DNA of 61,854 bases, from assembly GCA_964642015.1 (NCBI GenBank), contig CAZXLF010000005.1, forward strand, positions 1-61,854, written 5' to 3'. Shown in pieces: positions 9,931 through 19,794 of this stretch (position 1 is its first letter; every line of letters starts with the position of its first letter). The notes beneath the pieces are model-generated. The model saw nothing but the letters and a program-made list of their open reading frames with translations. It did not search any database and was not told the origin of the DNA. The DNA is from an uncultured Planctomycetia bacterium. GTDB taxonomy: Bacteria; Omnitrophota; Gorgyraeia; 2-02-FULL-51-18. Position numbers and translations under genes: made by a program.

Positions 9931-10923
9931 ATGAAAAATCATGACGGTAATTCATTCTTCAAAATCCTCTTACTTTTTTTTACAACCATATTTGTATTTT
10001 TTTTGACTTTCAGTGTGATTGAAATATGTCACTACTCTTTAATGAAATGGGATACTCATTGGCACGACCCCAACACCCGTTTCGATGAAGAATTAGGCTG
10101 GGCGCCTATTCCCAACCGGCAATCTCAAAACATCAGATCCAATTCACTAGGTTTTCGAGGCGAAGAAATAAGGCCTGATATATCCAAGATATTTCTTTTG
10201 GGAGATTCCGTCGCTTGGGGTTTCGGGGTGAAAGATGACGAAACCATCTCTGCTTATTTGAATTCGGCGATGGGTCATTTTAAATTTCAAGCCGTCAACA
10301 TGGGTGTATCGGGATATGGTTTTGATCAATATTACCTTTTTTTAATGAGGCACATTTCATTATTAAAGAAAGGTGATTGCCTTATTTTAGTCGTTTGCTC
10401 GAATGACCTGGCCGATGTTGCCTGCAATCACGCTTATGGAAAGAGAAAACCTTTTTTCGTGCTTGCAGATTCCGGGGATCTTCAGCTGACTGGAGTGCCC
10501 ATCAAAAAATTCTGCATGAAAAATCTTTTATCAGTCAGCTTTTTCCCAAATATTTTATATAATTTAACACCCGGAAAAAAAATCATGGGTTCCATGATCG
10601 GAGACAAATGCCATGACGAAAATCAAGCTATCACTATATCTTGTTTATTGATCGAGAAGATATCTCAAGCGTGTCATTTGCAGGGGGCTTATTTTGGTGT
10701 CGTCCTCACAGGGCGTCAACATTCAGACGTTAATCCCGGACTGCAGCCTATCAAAAAATATCTAGAATCGTCGGGATGCCGTTATATAGATTTTTCGGCA
10801 GCAGCTGATCAAAAAATGGCACTCGAACAGATCTATCACGGTCCCGATCATCTGACGCCTTTGGGAAATAAATTATTGGCGCAGAGGATCTTGGATTTTA
10901 CTATGACGCTCAGAAAGACCTGA
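9931..10923 (+). CDS. Membrane-anchored SGNH/GDSL hydrolase-like protein
   Basis: N-terminal TM segment, LGDSVAWG block I, NMGVSGY, SND, C-terminal DHLTPLGN. Confidence 0.75.
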   Translation: MKNHDGNSFFKILLLFFTTIFVFFLTFSVIEICHYSLMKWDTHWHDPNTRFDEELGWAPIPNRQSQNIRSNSLGFRGEEIRPDISKIFLLGDSVAWGFGVKDDETISAYLNSAMGHFKFQAVNMGVSGYGFDQYYLFLMRHISLLKKGDCLILVVCSNDLADVACNHAYGKRKPFFVLADSGDLQLTGVPIKKFCMKNLLSVSFFPNILYNLTPGKKIMGSMIGDKCHDENQAITISCLLIEKISQACHLQGAYFGVVLTGRQHSDVNPGLQPIKKYLESSGCRYIDFSAAADQKMALEQIYHGPDHLTPLGNKLLAQRILDFTMTLRKT

Positions 10924-10988
10924 CCAACAAAATAAAAGAGTCCTGAATTTTAAATTAAGGATATCCGGACGGAACAGATCTTATGGAT

Positions 10989-11378
10989 TTAAGTGTTTTT
11001 GTCCAAACCCCATTTGACAGCGCCACGGCAGGCGATCAATAAGAAAATAAAACAATAAAGAGCTGCCATTTCGCCCTGATTCACAGCAGGGAATATTTTC
11101 GAACCCATCTGGAATTTCCAATGGAACTGGAAATAAGCGACGGCCATGGTGCCGCTGCAAAGAAAAGCGGCTATGCGCGTTTGTATGCCCAACATCACGG
11201 CTAATCCCCCGACAAGTTCTATGATTCCTCCGAACCAGGTTTGTGACATCATCGGCGGTTTGGGATACTCAGAGAGTACGCCGAAAAGGATCTGCATCCC
11301 GTGAAAAGCGAACATGAACCCTGCTACAATGCGCATCAAAGCATAAGCGTAGTCTGCGTACTTTTCGAGCTGTTTCAT
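10989..11378 (-). CDS. DoxX family membrane protein
   Basis: RIVAGFMFAFHG, IELVGGL and GEMAALY DoxX motifs. Confidence 0.88.
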   Translation of the reverse strand: MKQLEKYADYAYALMRIVAGFMFAFHGMQILFGVLSEYPKPPMMSQTWFGGIIELVGGLAVMLGIQTRIAAFLCSGTMAVAYFQFHWKFQMGSKIFPAVNQGEMAALYCFIFLLIACRGAVKWGLDKNT

Positions 11379-12301
11379 TAGCGTCCTCCTTTATTTAAGT
11401 AGTCGGTGAGCTGGTCGAGCGTCATGCCCCAGCCTTGCTTGGCGCCCTTCGTCGCCTGTTCGATTTCCGGCGTCATCGTGAAAAAGCTCTGGCGGACGCG
11501 CAGTTTCGTCCCGCCGTCTTCTTCTTCAAAACTCACCATCGTCGACATCTGTCCGGCCGGCCCTGTCGCGAACTCACCGTTCCACGACAACAGAACCGGC
11601 GGAATGATCACGCCGTAGACTCCGGTGAACGGAAAATGTTGTCCGTCCGGACCCTGCATGGCCATGCTGAATTTTCCGCCCGGCCGGAAGTCCATCTGCT
11701 TCACAACGAGCTGGAACGGCTTAGGCGCGAACCAGTGTTTAATCTGGTCGGGTTGGGTCCACGCATCGTACACAAGGTCTCGCGGAGCCTGGATAACACG
11801 CTCGAGCACGAGCTCGAACGGCGGCTTCACGCCCAGATAGTCGACCAAGCGGTCCATATTCTGGTGGCCGCCTTCGATGGCCTTGTAGGTCTTGACCACC
11901 GTCTCGCGTGCCTCTTTACTCGGAAACGCCATGCGCCCAGTCAAGCGCGTCTTATCTCCGAGCGCCTCAAATATCCAGCTGGCCTCAAAGCCCGCGGCCG
12001 GTTCGCCCGCCTTGCCGCCGCCGTGCACGTAGACGATGCGCTCGTACTTTATGATCTCTTTGAAAACGCTTTTGTTCGGATAATCGGTTCCATCCGGACC
12101 GTGCATCGTGTGTTCCCAGCGGCCGCCCACGCGGAAATCATGGATATGAGTCGTATTCGTGAAACCGATGGGCCCCCACCACTTCACGACCTGTTTCGGA
12201 TCGGTCATTGCCTCCCAGACCCGTTCGCGGGGCGCGTTGATAACGCGCGTAATGACGATCTCGCGATCGGATGCGGTGACTTTAGTTTTTAGTTCGGTCA
12301 T
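11378..12301 (-). CDS. Tandem SRPBCC (AHSA1/START-like) domain protein
   Basis: Two repeats of (I/L)xRxIxAPRxxV(W/Y)xAxTxP...DFRxGG. Confidence 0.9.
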   Translation of the reverse strand: MTELKTKVTASDREIVITRVINAPRERVWEAMTDPKQVVKWWGPIGFTNTTHIHDFRVGGRWEHTMHGPDGTDYPNKSVFKEIIKYERIVYVHGGGKAGEPAAGFEASWIFEALGDKTRLTGRMAFPSKEARETVVKTYKAIEGGHQNMDRLVDYLGVKPPFELVLERVIQAPRDLVYDAWTQPDQIKHWFAPKPFQLVVKQMDFRPGGKFSMAMQGPDGQHFPFTGVYGVIIPPVLLSWNGEFATGPAGQMSTMVSFEEEDGGTKLRVRQSFFTMTPEIEQATKGAKQGWGMTLDQLTDYLNKGGR

Positions 12302-12644
12302 GTTTTTTCTCCTTTTGCTGTACTTGTCGCAGATAATCTTCTAAACGAGCAAAACTTTGTTCCCAGAAATTCCTATAATGCTCGATCCAATCCTCTGCTT
12401 CTTTCATGCGATCCACTACCAAGCGGCAGCAATGCTCTCGCCCCGTCTTCTTGCGCGACATGAGACCTGCCCCTTCAAGGATGCGAAGATGTTTAGTGAT
12501 CGCGGGCGCCGAAACCCTGTGTGGTTCAGCCAATTCCGTCACCGTCGCTTCGCCATGGGAAAGGCGTGCGAGAATATCGCGGCGGATCGGATGGGAAAGC
12601 GCGCTGAATACAAGATCAAGTTGGGGTTGATTATACTTAACCAT
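12282..12644 (-). CDS. ArsR/SmtB family transcriptional regulator
   Basis: LDLVFSALSHPIRRDIL, ITKHLRILEGAGL wHTH; start moved to ATG 12644 on promoter evidence. Confidence 0.9.
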   Translation of the reverse strand: MVKYNQPQLDLVFSALSHPIRRDILARLSHGEATVTELAEPHRVSAPAITKHLRILEGAGLMSRKKTGREHCCRLVVDRMKEAEDWIEHYRNFWEQSFARLEDYLRQVQQKEKKHDRTKN

Positions 12645-12680
12645 TAGGTTAAGTATAAAACTCTGGCAGATGTTTGTCAA
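12631..12680 (-). promoter_or_regulatory. sigma70 promoter plus ArsR-type operator
   Basis: TTGACA(12675-12680)-17 nt-TATACT(12652-12657); perfect 12-4-12 palindrome TTATACTTAACC-atta-GGTTAAGTATAA at 12631-12658 covers the -10 box and the ATG. Confidence 0.8.
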
Positions 12681-12707
12681 CAGAGTTTTAAAAGATTTTG
12701 GATGTTA

Positions 12708-14993
12708 TCAGATCGTGATTTTTTTTAATCTTAACGCATTAGTGATCACAGAAACAGAGCTGAAGCTCATCGCGGCACCGGCAATGACGGGGCTCAAGAG
12801 AATCCCGAAAAAAGGATAAAGAACACCGGCTGCAATAGGAATTCCCAAAATATTATAGAAAAACGCGAAAAATAAATTTTGTTTGATATTCGTCATTGTC
12901 GCTCGGCTGAGCATTCTTGCTTTCGCGATACCCCGCAAATCCCCTTTCACAAGCGTAATGCCGGCACTTTGCATGGCCACATCGGTGCCTGTTCCCATTG
13001 CAATGCCAACATCCGCCAGCGCAAGCGCCGGAGCGTCATTAACACCATCACCAGCCATCGCAACACGGTTTCCTTTATTACGGAGATCTTTGACGATATT
13101 GCCCTTTTGTTCGGGCAAAACGCCCGCATGCACTTCATCGATGCCGAGTTTTTTTGCAACGATAGAGGCGGTTACGGGATTATCGCCGGTTATCATGATC
13201 AATTTAAGGCCGTCTTGATGCAATTTTGCGATCGCTTCCGGCGTCGACGTCTTAATAGGATCCGAAATTCCGATAAGTCCCAGAACTTTTTTATCCTGCG
13301 CCAAAAAAATCACCGTCTGCCCTTCTTTCCGCGGATCGTCGGCTTTGGCAAGGAATTCTTTCACAGACATTCCGAGTTCCTCCACCCAAGTCTGATTTCC
13401 CAATACCAATTGCCGCTCAGCAATAGTGCCGATGACGCCTTTTCCGGGAACTGATTGAAAATTTCCGACCGGAGAAAATCTGATGTTCCTGAAAATAGCT
13501 TCTTTTACGACCGCTTGAGCCAAAGGATGTTCGCTTAAATTTTCAAGACTGCCTGCGAGCTGTAGAAATTCGGTTTCATTCACTCCTTCTGAAGTCATGA
13601 CAGAAACTACTTTAGGCTTCCCTTCGGTCAAAGTGCCGGTCTTATCAAAGATCAGTGTGTCGACTTTCTGAAAAATTTCCAATGCTTCGGCATTTTTGAT
13701 CAGAATACCGGCAGAAGCTCCTCGACCGACACCAACCATGATCGACATCGGTGTCGCAAGCCCCAGCGCGCAGGGGCACGCAATGATCAATACGGAAACA
13801 GCGTTCACGAGCGCATAGGCAAATTTGGGTTCAGGGCCGGCGATCCACCAAATGACAAAAGTCACGATCGCCGAAAAAATAACGGCCGGCACAAAATAAG
13901 ACGAAACAGTATCCGCCAGACGCTGTATCTTTGCTCGGCTTCTCAAAGCCTCGCTGACCATCTTCGTAATCTGCGAAAGGAGCGTTTCGCTGCCGACGCG
14001 CTCCGCTTGCATGACAAAAGCGCCAGTTCCGTTCACGGTTCCGCCTATAATTTTCGAACCTTTTATTTTTTCAACAGGAATGGATTCACCCGTCACCATG
14101 GATTCATCCACAAAACTGGATCCTTCGAGGATGGCACCGTCTGTCGGGATCTTTGCTCCGGGCCGTACACGCAAACGATCACCGTGCTTCACATCTTCCA
14201 GCGGTATATCTGTTTCGGTGCCATCAAACTTGATAATACGCGCTGTTTTTGGAGCTTGGTCTAAAAGTTTTCTTATCGCTCCATTTGTCTGACCGCGGGC
14301 GCGCAATTCCAGCACCTGCCCCAAGATCACCAAAACAGTAATCATCGCCGCTGCTTCAAAATAAACTACCAGCGTTCCGTCATGCCCTTGAAAAGAACTG
14401 GGAAATACCCAGGGGAAAATCGTTGCTACTGCGCTGTACCCATAGGCCGTGCCGACTCCGAGAGCGATCAACGTGAACATATTTAAACTCCGGCGGGTGA
14501 TTGATACTGCCGCGCGTTCAAAAAAGAACCACCCGCACCACCACACAACCAGTGTTGCAAAAACAAATTCAATCCAGTTCATAAATCTCATGGGTAATTT
14601 TTTCTGTAAAAAATCTATTCCGGCCATCTCCGACATCGCCAAAAGGAGGATCGGGACTGATAAAAAGATGCTAATTTTCAAACGACGCAGCATCATCCGA
14701 TATTCGGTATCATCTTCTTTAAAGGAAATATCTACCGGCTCCAACGCCATACCGCACTTTGGACACAATCCGGGCTTTTGCTCTTTGACCTCAGGATGCA
14801 TTGGACAGGTATAAAATGATCCGGGTCCGGACGGTTTGACCGCTCTTGGTTTTTGCTCTACTGAATATTGGGAAGGATTTGCCTGAAACTCAGCAAGACA
14901 GCCCGAGCAACAAAATCCATAGACTTTGCCTTGCCATTCTGTTTTTGTTCTTGGAGGTTCACTGACCTTCATTCCGCATACCGGATCTTTCAT
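12708..14993 (-). CDS. copA: Copper-translocating P1B-type ATPase with N-terminal YHS and heavy-metal-binding domains
   Basis: [58 protein letters not shown]. Confidence 0.95.
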   Translation of the reverse strand: MKDPVCGMKVSEPPRTKTEWQGKVYGFCCSGCLAEFQANPSQYSVEQKPRAVKPSGPGSFYTCPMHPEVKEQKPGLCPKCGMALEPVDISFKEDDTEYRMMLRRLKISIFLSVPILLLAMSEMAGIDFLQKKLPMRFMNWIEFVFATLVVWWCGWFFFERAAVSITRRSLNMFTLIALGVGTAYGYSAVATIFPWVFPSSFQGHDGTLVVYFEAAAMITVLVILGQVLELRARGQTNGAIRKLLDQAPKTARIIKFDGTETDIPLEDVKHGDRLRVRPGAKIPTDGAILEGSSFVDESMVTGESIPVEKIKGSKIIGGTVNGTGAFVMQAERVGSETLLSQITKMVSEALRSRAKIQRLADTVSSYFVPAVIFSAIVTFVIWWIAGPEPKFAYALVNAVSVLIIACPCALGLATPMSIMVGVGRGASAGILIKNAEALEIFQKVDTLIFDKTGTLTEGKPKVVSVMTSEGVNETEFLQLAGSLENLSEHPLAQAVVKEAIFRNIRFSPVGNFQSVPGKGVIGTIAERQLVLGNQTWVEELGMSVKEFLAKADDPRKEGQTVIFLAQDKKVLGLIGISDPIKTSTPEAIAKLHQDGLKLIMITGDNPVTASIVAKKLGIDEVHAGVLPEQKGNIVKDLRNKGNRVAMAGDGVNDAPALALADVGIAMGTGTDVAMQSAGITLVKGDLRGIAKARMLSRATMTNIKQNLFFAFFYNILGIPIAAGVLYPFFGILLSPVIAGAAMSFSSVSVITNALRLKKITI

Positions 14994-15048
14994 TTGCTGA
15001 CCTTTTTATCCTTATTAAAGATGATCCGAGCGTTTTTGTTGAAATATT

Positions 15049-15666
15049 TTATGCGGACGTACTGATCGATGGAGCCTGCTCGAGCGCTTTAAGTTCCGCT
15101 TCAAGTGCCGGACGCACCACCGGAGCCGCGGAAGCGTCTTTTGGAATATCAAGCGCCTGGCCTTTTTCTAACATAAAAGTTTTTCCGACATTTTTAGCGA
15201 AAATACTGACAGATCCCTCGCGTACTGCGAATGTCGTTACAGGACTGACTTCACCTTCCACTCGCCCCCAAAACTGCGTACCACGCACAGCCGCGATCGC
15301 TGTAGGAGTTTCGACTTGAAAAGTAGAATTCGCGGGAAGTTTTCTCAAATTCAAGATCGCATTGCCTTTTTTGATCTGGAAGCGCATGTCGGATTCCGAG
15401 CCATTCACGATCACGCACTCGCTGACCGGCAGTAAACGGCAGCCGGCTAATTTGTTCATCGCCACATCGAGATGACATTCGGGAGTCGGAGTTTTTAAAA
15501 CATCGCCTGTCTGGCATGAACCTCCGGCCTCTGCAGGGATCATTTTGTCACCGCGGAGGATCTGCGGATGCCCGGCAACGTGTGAAATAGTTATCTGTTC
15601 AACGGCAAAAACTTTTCCACAAGATAAGATCAAAAATGATAAGAATAAAATCGAAAATTTTTTCAT
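15049..15666 (-). CDS. Secreted FecR-domain protein
   Basis: Signal peptide; VETPTAIAAVRGTQF FecR motif. Confidence 0.8.
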   Translation of the reverse strand: MKKFSILFLSFLILSCGKVFAVEQITISHVAGHPQILRGDKMIPAEAGGSCQTGDVLKTPTPECHLDVAMNKLAGCRLLPVSECVIVNGSESDMRFQIKKGNAILNLRKLPANSTFQVETPTAIAAVRGTQFWGRVEGEVSPVTTFAVREGSVSIFAKNVGKTFMLEKGQALDIPKDASAAPVVRPALEAELKALEQAPSISTSA

Positions 15667-15799
15667 GGCGTCTCCTGATCGATTATGTTGACTGGATTAT
15701 ATTAACCGATACGGTCGCCTATTGTCCAACAACGGATATGCCCTGTATAATAGAGCTGTCTGTATAGGGATAAAAACACTCATTTCTATCTTTTATTTT

Positions 15800-16696
15800 A
15801 TGGCAAAAATCAAGACCACCCAAAATACCTACCCTTCACCCGAGCGCCAAACGCGTTGGGTCGGCATCATTTTTTTTATATTCATCCACATTGTCGGTAT
15901 CATCGGGACACCGCTCTATTTGATCTACCATGGGGTTACGCGTTCGGAATGGGTGCTCTTTGGATTTTATTTTTCACTCTCAACACTGGCCATCACCGTC
16001 GGTTATCATCGGCTATTCGCGCACGTCTCCTATAAAACCAATGCGTTCGTGCGTTTTATTTTACTTTTTTTCGGAGCGGCGACATTTGAACAGTCCGCTT
16101 TAAAATGGGCCTCCCAGCACCGTCAACATCATCAATTCACCGATACGGACCAGGATCCCTACAATATTAAGCGCGGATTCTGGTACGCTCATGTAGGCTG
16201 GATCTTATTTTGGAAACATCGTGTGAATTACGACAATGCGCGGGATCTGCAGAGATCAAAGCTTCTGATGAACCAGCATCATCTTTACACGCTGTGGTCT
16301 CTGGGAGCGGGCGTAGCGCTTCCGATACTGATCGGGGTCTGGATCGGGCATCCGCTAGGCGCGTTCATTATGGCCGTCAGTTTGAGGCTGATCCTCGTGA
16401 TGCATTCGGCATTTTTCATCAACTCCTGGGCACACATGTTCGGCAGTCAGGATTTTGATAAAAATATTTCAGCGAAGGATAATTGGTTCGGGGTTTTTCT
16501 GACAAACGGAGAAGGCTATCACAACTTCCATCATCGTTTTCCCAACGATTACCGCAACGGGATACGCTGGTTTGATTGGGATCCCAGCAAATGGGTGATC
16601 TTCGGATTATCGAAAATTCATTTCACTTGGGACCTTAAACGAACTCCCAAATCAAAAATGAGCCCGATTGAAAAAATAGCTGTCCAAAATCCTTAA
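15800..16696 (+). CDS. Membrane fatty-acid (acyl-CoA delta-9-like) desaturase
   Basis: Three His boxes HRLFAH, HRQHH, HNFHH; start set at ATG 15800 (ORF track gives 15722). Confidence 0.92.
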   Translation: MAKIKTTQNTYPSPERQTRWVGIIFFIFIHIVGIIGTPLYLIYHGVTRSEWVLFGFYFSLSTLAITVGYHRLFAHVSYKTNAFVRFILLFFGAATFEQSALKWASQHRQHHQFTDTDQDPYNIKRGFWYAHVGWILFWKHRVNYDNARDLQRSKLLMNQHHLYTLWSLGAGVALPILIGVWIGHPLGAFIMAVSLRLILVMHSAFFINSWAHMFGSQDFDKNISAKDNWFGVFLTNGEGYHNFHHRFPNDYRNGIRWFDWDPSKWVIFGLSKIHFTWDLKRTPKSKMSPIEKIAVQNP

Positions 16697-18717
16697 GCGA
16701 CGTCTTCTTTAAATTCAGATCCGTCCCAAATGATCCGTATTCTGAGCGCGCGTCCTTCTTTCGGACGCACCGCGCCCCATGCCAGAGCGATATGCTCCAT
16801 TTGGATCTCAGGATCGTATTTGCCTGACCTTCCAACGACCAGTTCTTCGGCTTCCAAATCATAAGCCACTCTGGCCATCGCGTAAAAAGGATCATTTGAC
16901 GGAACGTATAAAGGGATTACCGGATGGCCGATCTTCTCAGCTTCAGTGATGATCTTTGTGAATAAAACTTCCTCGTCTTTTGAGGTTTGGCTAAGGTCTC
17001 CTTCCAAATGTAGCCCTGTGGCCACCTTAGAAGTCATCACCACAACATCCGTGGTCTCTTCGTCAATCTCGGAGAGAGCTTTTGCCAAATGGGACAGATT
17101 ATTCGGATCACGCACCGCGACAAGAATACGTCTAGGTTTCTCACAACCGCAGTCTTTTGGATTCAACACATCAAGACGGTTTAGATTCACACGATCAATA
17201 TGCCCGCCATGATGCAGCGCGGTCATTTCGCTTTTATGTTTTTTCATATGGATCTTTTCTGAACCGACGAACACGATAAAAAAGACGACCGTGAAGATCA
17301 TTCCCGAAATCGTTGCAACCTGTTTAGTCACTAAATTGACAGAGGCGGTGAGAAAAAGTACCGCAAAGATCAAAGCCAGGCCGAACGGAAATTCTTTGCC
17401 GGCTATGCGAAGATTAAGCGGCACTTTCCATTCACGCGGCGTTTTGTCTTTATAACGCAATATCAGAACGGCCATTGATTTGAAAACGAAACTCCAGATC
17501 ACACCGAACGCGTACGCTTCTCCCAGCACGTAAATATTTCCCTGGCATAATAAAATCGTCAAAAGTTGAAGGATCACCGTCAGATCAATAAGCCGTGAAG
17601 AAGTACCATAACGCGGATGCGGTTTTCTTAAAAATTCCGGTAGAATCCCATCTTCTCCGAGACGGTTCAGCACGCCGTTAGAACCGATAATTGATGTATT
17701 TACCGCTCCGGCAAGGATCAGGAATCCCGTGAAAACCACGAACGCCTGGAACAAAAGCCGCAAAGACTCCGGTCCGATCAGATACATCGTGAGCCCGCTC
17801 AGCAGATTATCCGAATATTGACTCATGCGGACCGAATCCGGGATGATCATGATCGCAAAAAAACTGCCGAGCGCCGTTAAAAACAGGCAATACATAAAAA
17901 CGATGAAAGCGGCGCGTTTCAAATTTTTCAGCTTCGGCGCTTCGATCTCCCTGTAAACCTGCGCGAGTGTTTCTTCGCCGCTCATCGCCAAAAGTGAATG
18001 TCCGAACGCGATCGTGATGCCGATCACACCAAGCGGTTTGATACTGCCCTTCAGAGGATACAACCAACCCAGTGATTCCTTATTAAAAACCGGCGCAAAA
18101 GGAGGAAGATGCACGCCGCGCACCCACAACGTCGCAATGCTCCATATAATAATCATAACCGCCATAACTGTCGTGCAGGCCATGATCTTAAGCGCTTTGT
18201 CGCTGGATTCAGGAATGCCTTTCACATTCTGCCACCAAAAATAAACGGTCACTGCTAACGCGAATAAGACAGAAAACAGATTCGCCGGTAATTGCATAGA
18301 AACGTGAAAACGCGGCAGCGTGAGATTTAAAAGGCCGACGAGATATTGTCCCGCTGATACAGCGCTGATCGGTCCTGTCAAAACGTAATCAAACATCAGT
18401 GCCGACACGGAAAGTTTCGCAAGCGTACCTCCCATCGCTTCTTTCACGACCCGGTAAACGCCTCCGCGCACGAACATTCCGCAAGATTCAATGTAAATAG
18501 CACGGACCGCGTAAGCAAAAAGCATGACGCCGAGAATAAACCAAGGCGCTGCCTTGCCGATCGCATGTTCAGCGATGCCGCCGATGTAATAAACAGTCGA
18601 AGCGATATCGCATAGCACGATCGCGGCAGCGCGCCAAAAACTGATGAAAGTTAGCATCGCCGTCGTGACGAGAATAACGTTCGTCGATCTTCTTTTACTC
18701 GCAGCGATCTCCATCAA
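16693..18717 (-). CDS. APC-superfamily permease, KimA(YdaO)/KUP-like putative K+/H+ symporter with cytoplasmic C-terminal domain
   Basis: About 12 TM segments; CDIASTVYY, MFDYVLT and SGEETLAQ align by eye to KimA motifs; lies downstream of a c-di-AMP riboswitch. Confidence 0.75.
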   Translation of the reverse strand: MMEIAASKRRSTNVILVTTAMLTFISFWRAAAIVLCDIASTVYYIGGIAEHAIGKAAPWFILGVMLFAYAVRAIYIESCGMFVRGGVYRVVKEAMGGTLAKLSVSALMFDYVLTGPISAVSAGQYLVGLLNLTLPRFHVSMQLPANLFSVLFALAVTVYFWWQNVKGIPESSDKALKIMACTTVMAVMIIIWSIATLWVRGVHLPPFAPVFNKESLGWLYPLKGSIKPLGVIGITIAFGHSLLAMSGEETLAQVYREIEAPKLKNLKRAAFIVFMYCLFLTALGSFFAIMIIPDSVRMSQYSDNLLSGLTMYLIGPESLRLLFQAFVVFTGFLILAGAVNTSIIGSNGVLNRLGEDGILPEFLRKPHPRYGTSSRLIDLTVILQLLTILLCQGNIYVLGEAYAFGVIWSFVFKSMAVLILRYKDKTPREWKVPLNLRIAGKEFPFGLALIFAVLFLTASVNLVTKQVATISGMIFTVVFFIVFVGSEKIHMKKHKSEMTALHHGGHIDRVNLNRLDVLNPKDCGCEKPRRILVAVRDPNNLSHLAKALSEIDEETTDVVVMTSKVATGLHLEGDLSQTSKDEEVLFTKIITEAEKIGHPVIPLYVPSNDPFYAMARVAYDLEAEELVVGRSGKYDPEIQMEHIALAWGAVRPKEGRALRIRIIWDGSEFKEDVA

Positions 18718-19220
18718 ATGCCCTTTTCCGTTTCGCGGATCAGTTGGATGACCTGGTGGGAAGTTTTCAGGGCCGACAGGCCGCTTCCAAAACTTTCGTT
18801 CTGGAACAGCGAAGAAAGACTTGAAAGGAACAACAGATGATTTTTTGTGTCTTCTTTAGGGCTGAGGAAAAGGAAGAAAAAACGCGGTTCATCTTTCGGT
18901 GCCGAATCCCGGATGCCTAACGCCAACTGAATGGTCTGCAATCCTTTTAACCGAGCATGCGGTATCGAAATAGTGAAATCAATGATGGTGCTTCCCATCT
19001 TTTCTCTCTCCAAGACCGCGTTCAATGCCGGCGCATGATCGGCGATGGGCAGCGAACTGACTAATTTGAACAGAATTTCGTCTTTGGGAGCCTGTTCGGG
19101 AAAAAATAAAACGGAAGCTTCTGATAGATGATCCGAAATCAGAATTGTTTTGACTGAAGGCACCAGTGCCGCGCCATTTTTTTCTTCCATCCGGCCGTTT
19201 TTAAACCATTTCATGGTCAC
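18714..19220 (-). CDS. PTS EIIA (Ntr/Fru-type) domain protein
   Basis: VLEREKMGSTIIDFTISIPHARL with the conserved phospho-His; HLLFLSSLSSLF C-terminal motif. Confidence 0.85.
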   Translation of the reverse strand: MTMKWFKNGRMEEKNGAALVPSVKTILISDHLSEASVLFFPEQAPKDEILFKLVSSLPIADHAPALNAVLEREKMGSTIIDFTISIPHARLKGLQTIQLALGIRDSAPKDEPRFFFLFLSPKEDTKNHLLFLSSLSSLFQNESFGSGLSALKTSHQVIQLIRETEKGI

Positions 19221-19450
19221 ATCTCCGTGGCTGAGCGCAGTTCCTGCTTCAGCGCTTTCAAAAAATTGATATTCTCTTGTTCATGTTTTTCCAGTTTATC
19301 GACGATCGTGATCAATTTCTCACGTGCCGTACTCTTTTCATCTTCTTCAAGCATCGTGGATGGCGGAACTATCGCTTGGGCGGTCTTTGAGAAAACTCCC
19401 GCGATCAACAATAGAATGAAAAAAACTGTCACCATTTTTTTTGGTTTCAT
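19217..19450 (-). CDS. Small secreted protein with a helical C-terminus
   Basis: 77 aa; signal peptide ending AQA; overlaps the next gene by 4 bp (coupled). Confidence 0.6.
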   Translation of the reverse strand: MKPKKMVTVFFILLLIAGVFSKTAQAIVPPSTMLEEDEKSTAREKLITIVDKLEKHEQENINFLKALKQELRSATEM

Positions 19451-19481
19451 AAAATAAAATGCCAGAGAGCTGCTCTGGCAT
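19451..19481 (-). terminator. Intrinsic terminator, riboswitch expression platform
   Basis: ATGCCAGAG-cagct-CTCTGGCAT followed by TTTTATTTT, directly before ATG 19450. Confidence 0.8.
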
Positions 19482-19630
19482 CCTCTCTCAGTTTGTACGC
19501 TTACGAGGTTAGCTGTCGGACTCGGGCTTGAGTGGCCCTAATCTTTTTAAGATATTCGCCCCAAGACTGCAAGGCAGTCAAAACTGGGTTCCCCGCGTTT
19601 TCTTCTGATCAGGAAGAAATTCAGCCTATG
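19482..19630 (-). ncRNA. c-di-AMP riboswitch (ydaO/yuaA leader) no. 1
   Basis: Minus strand reads GCTGAAT..GCGGGGAACCCA..TTGGGGCGAAT..TAGGG..GCCCGAGTCCGACAGCTAACCTCGTAAGCG, matching the ydaO consensus. Confidence 0.93.
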
Positions 19631-19784
19631 AATTGCTTTTTTGATTAACCAACAGGATCTTTTTAACTGAAATTGCCTCCGGCCTGCTCAGCTTTATCGC
19701 CAAAAAAATAAATCCGGCGGCAGCCAAGACAGACAAGATGATCAAGATCGGTTTAAAAGATTCCATCTCCATAAATAGATCCAT
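19626..19784 (-). CDS. Putative 52-aa single-TM peptide, not in the ORF track
   Basis: MDLFMEMESFKPILIILSVLAAAGFIFLAIKLSRPEAISVKKILLVNQKSNS; its TAG abuts the riboswitch 5' end; no clear SD. Confidence 0.4.
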   Translation of the reverse strand: MDLFMEMESFKPILIILSVLAAAGFIFLAIKLSRPEAISVKKILLVNQKSNS

Positions 19785-19794
19785 CAACAATCAA

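Noticed and set aside
10989-11378. DoxX as the missing bufferin BufD
   Set aside because: It is coupled to the ArsR-SRPBCC operon over 40 kb from the cluster and looks like a generic DoxX.
11435-12292. 285-aa antisense ORF
   Set aside because: Shadow frame of the GC-rich SRPBCC gene; no motifs.
15800-16696. Desaturase as evidence of an aerobic lifestyle
   Set aside because: A single O2-dependent enzyme is not enough; respiratory genes are not in this window.
19626-19784. Calling the small TM peptide kdpF
   Set aside because: It is longer than typical KdpF, has no recognisable KdpF motif and no kdpA follows; kept only as an unnamed candidate.
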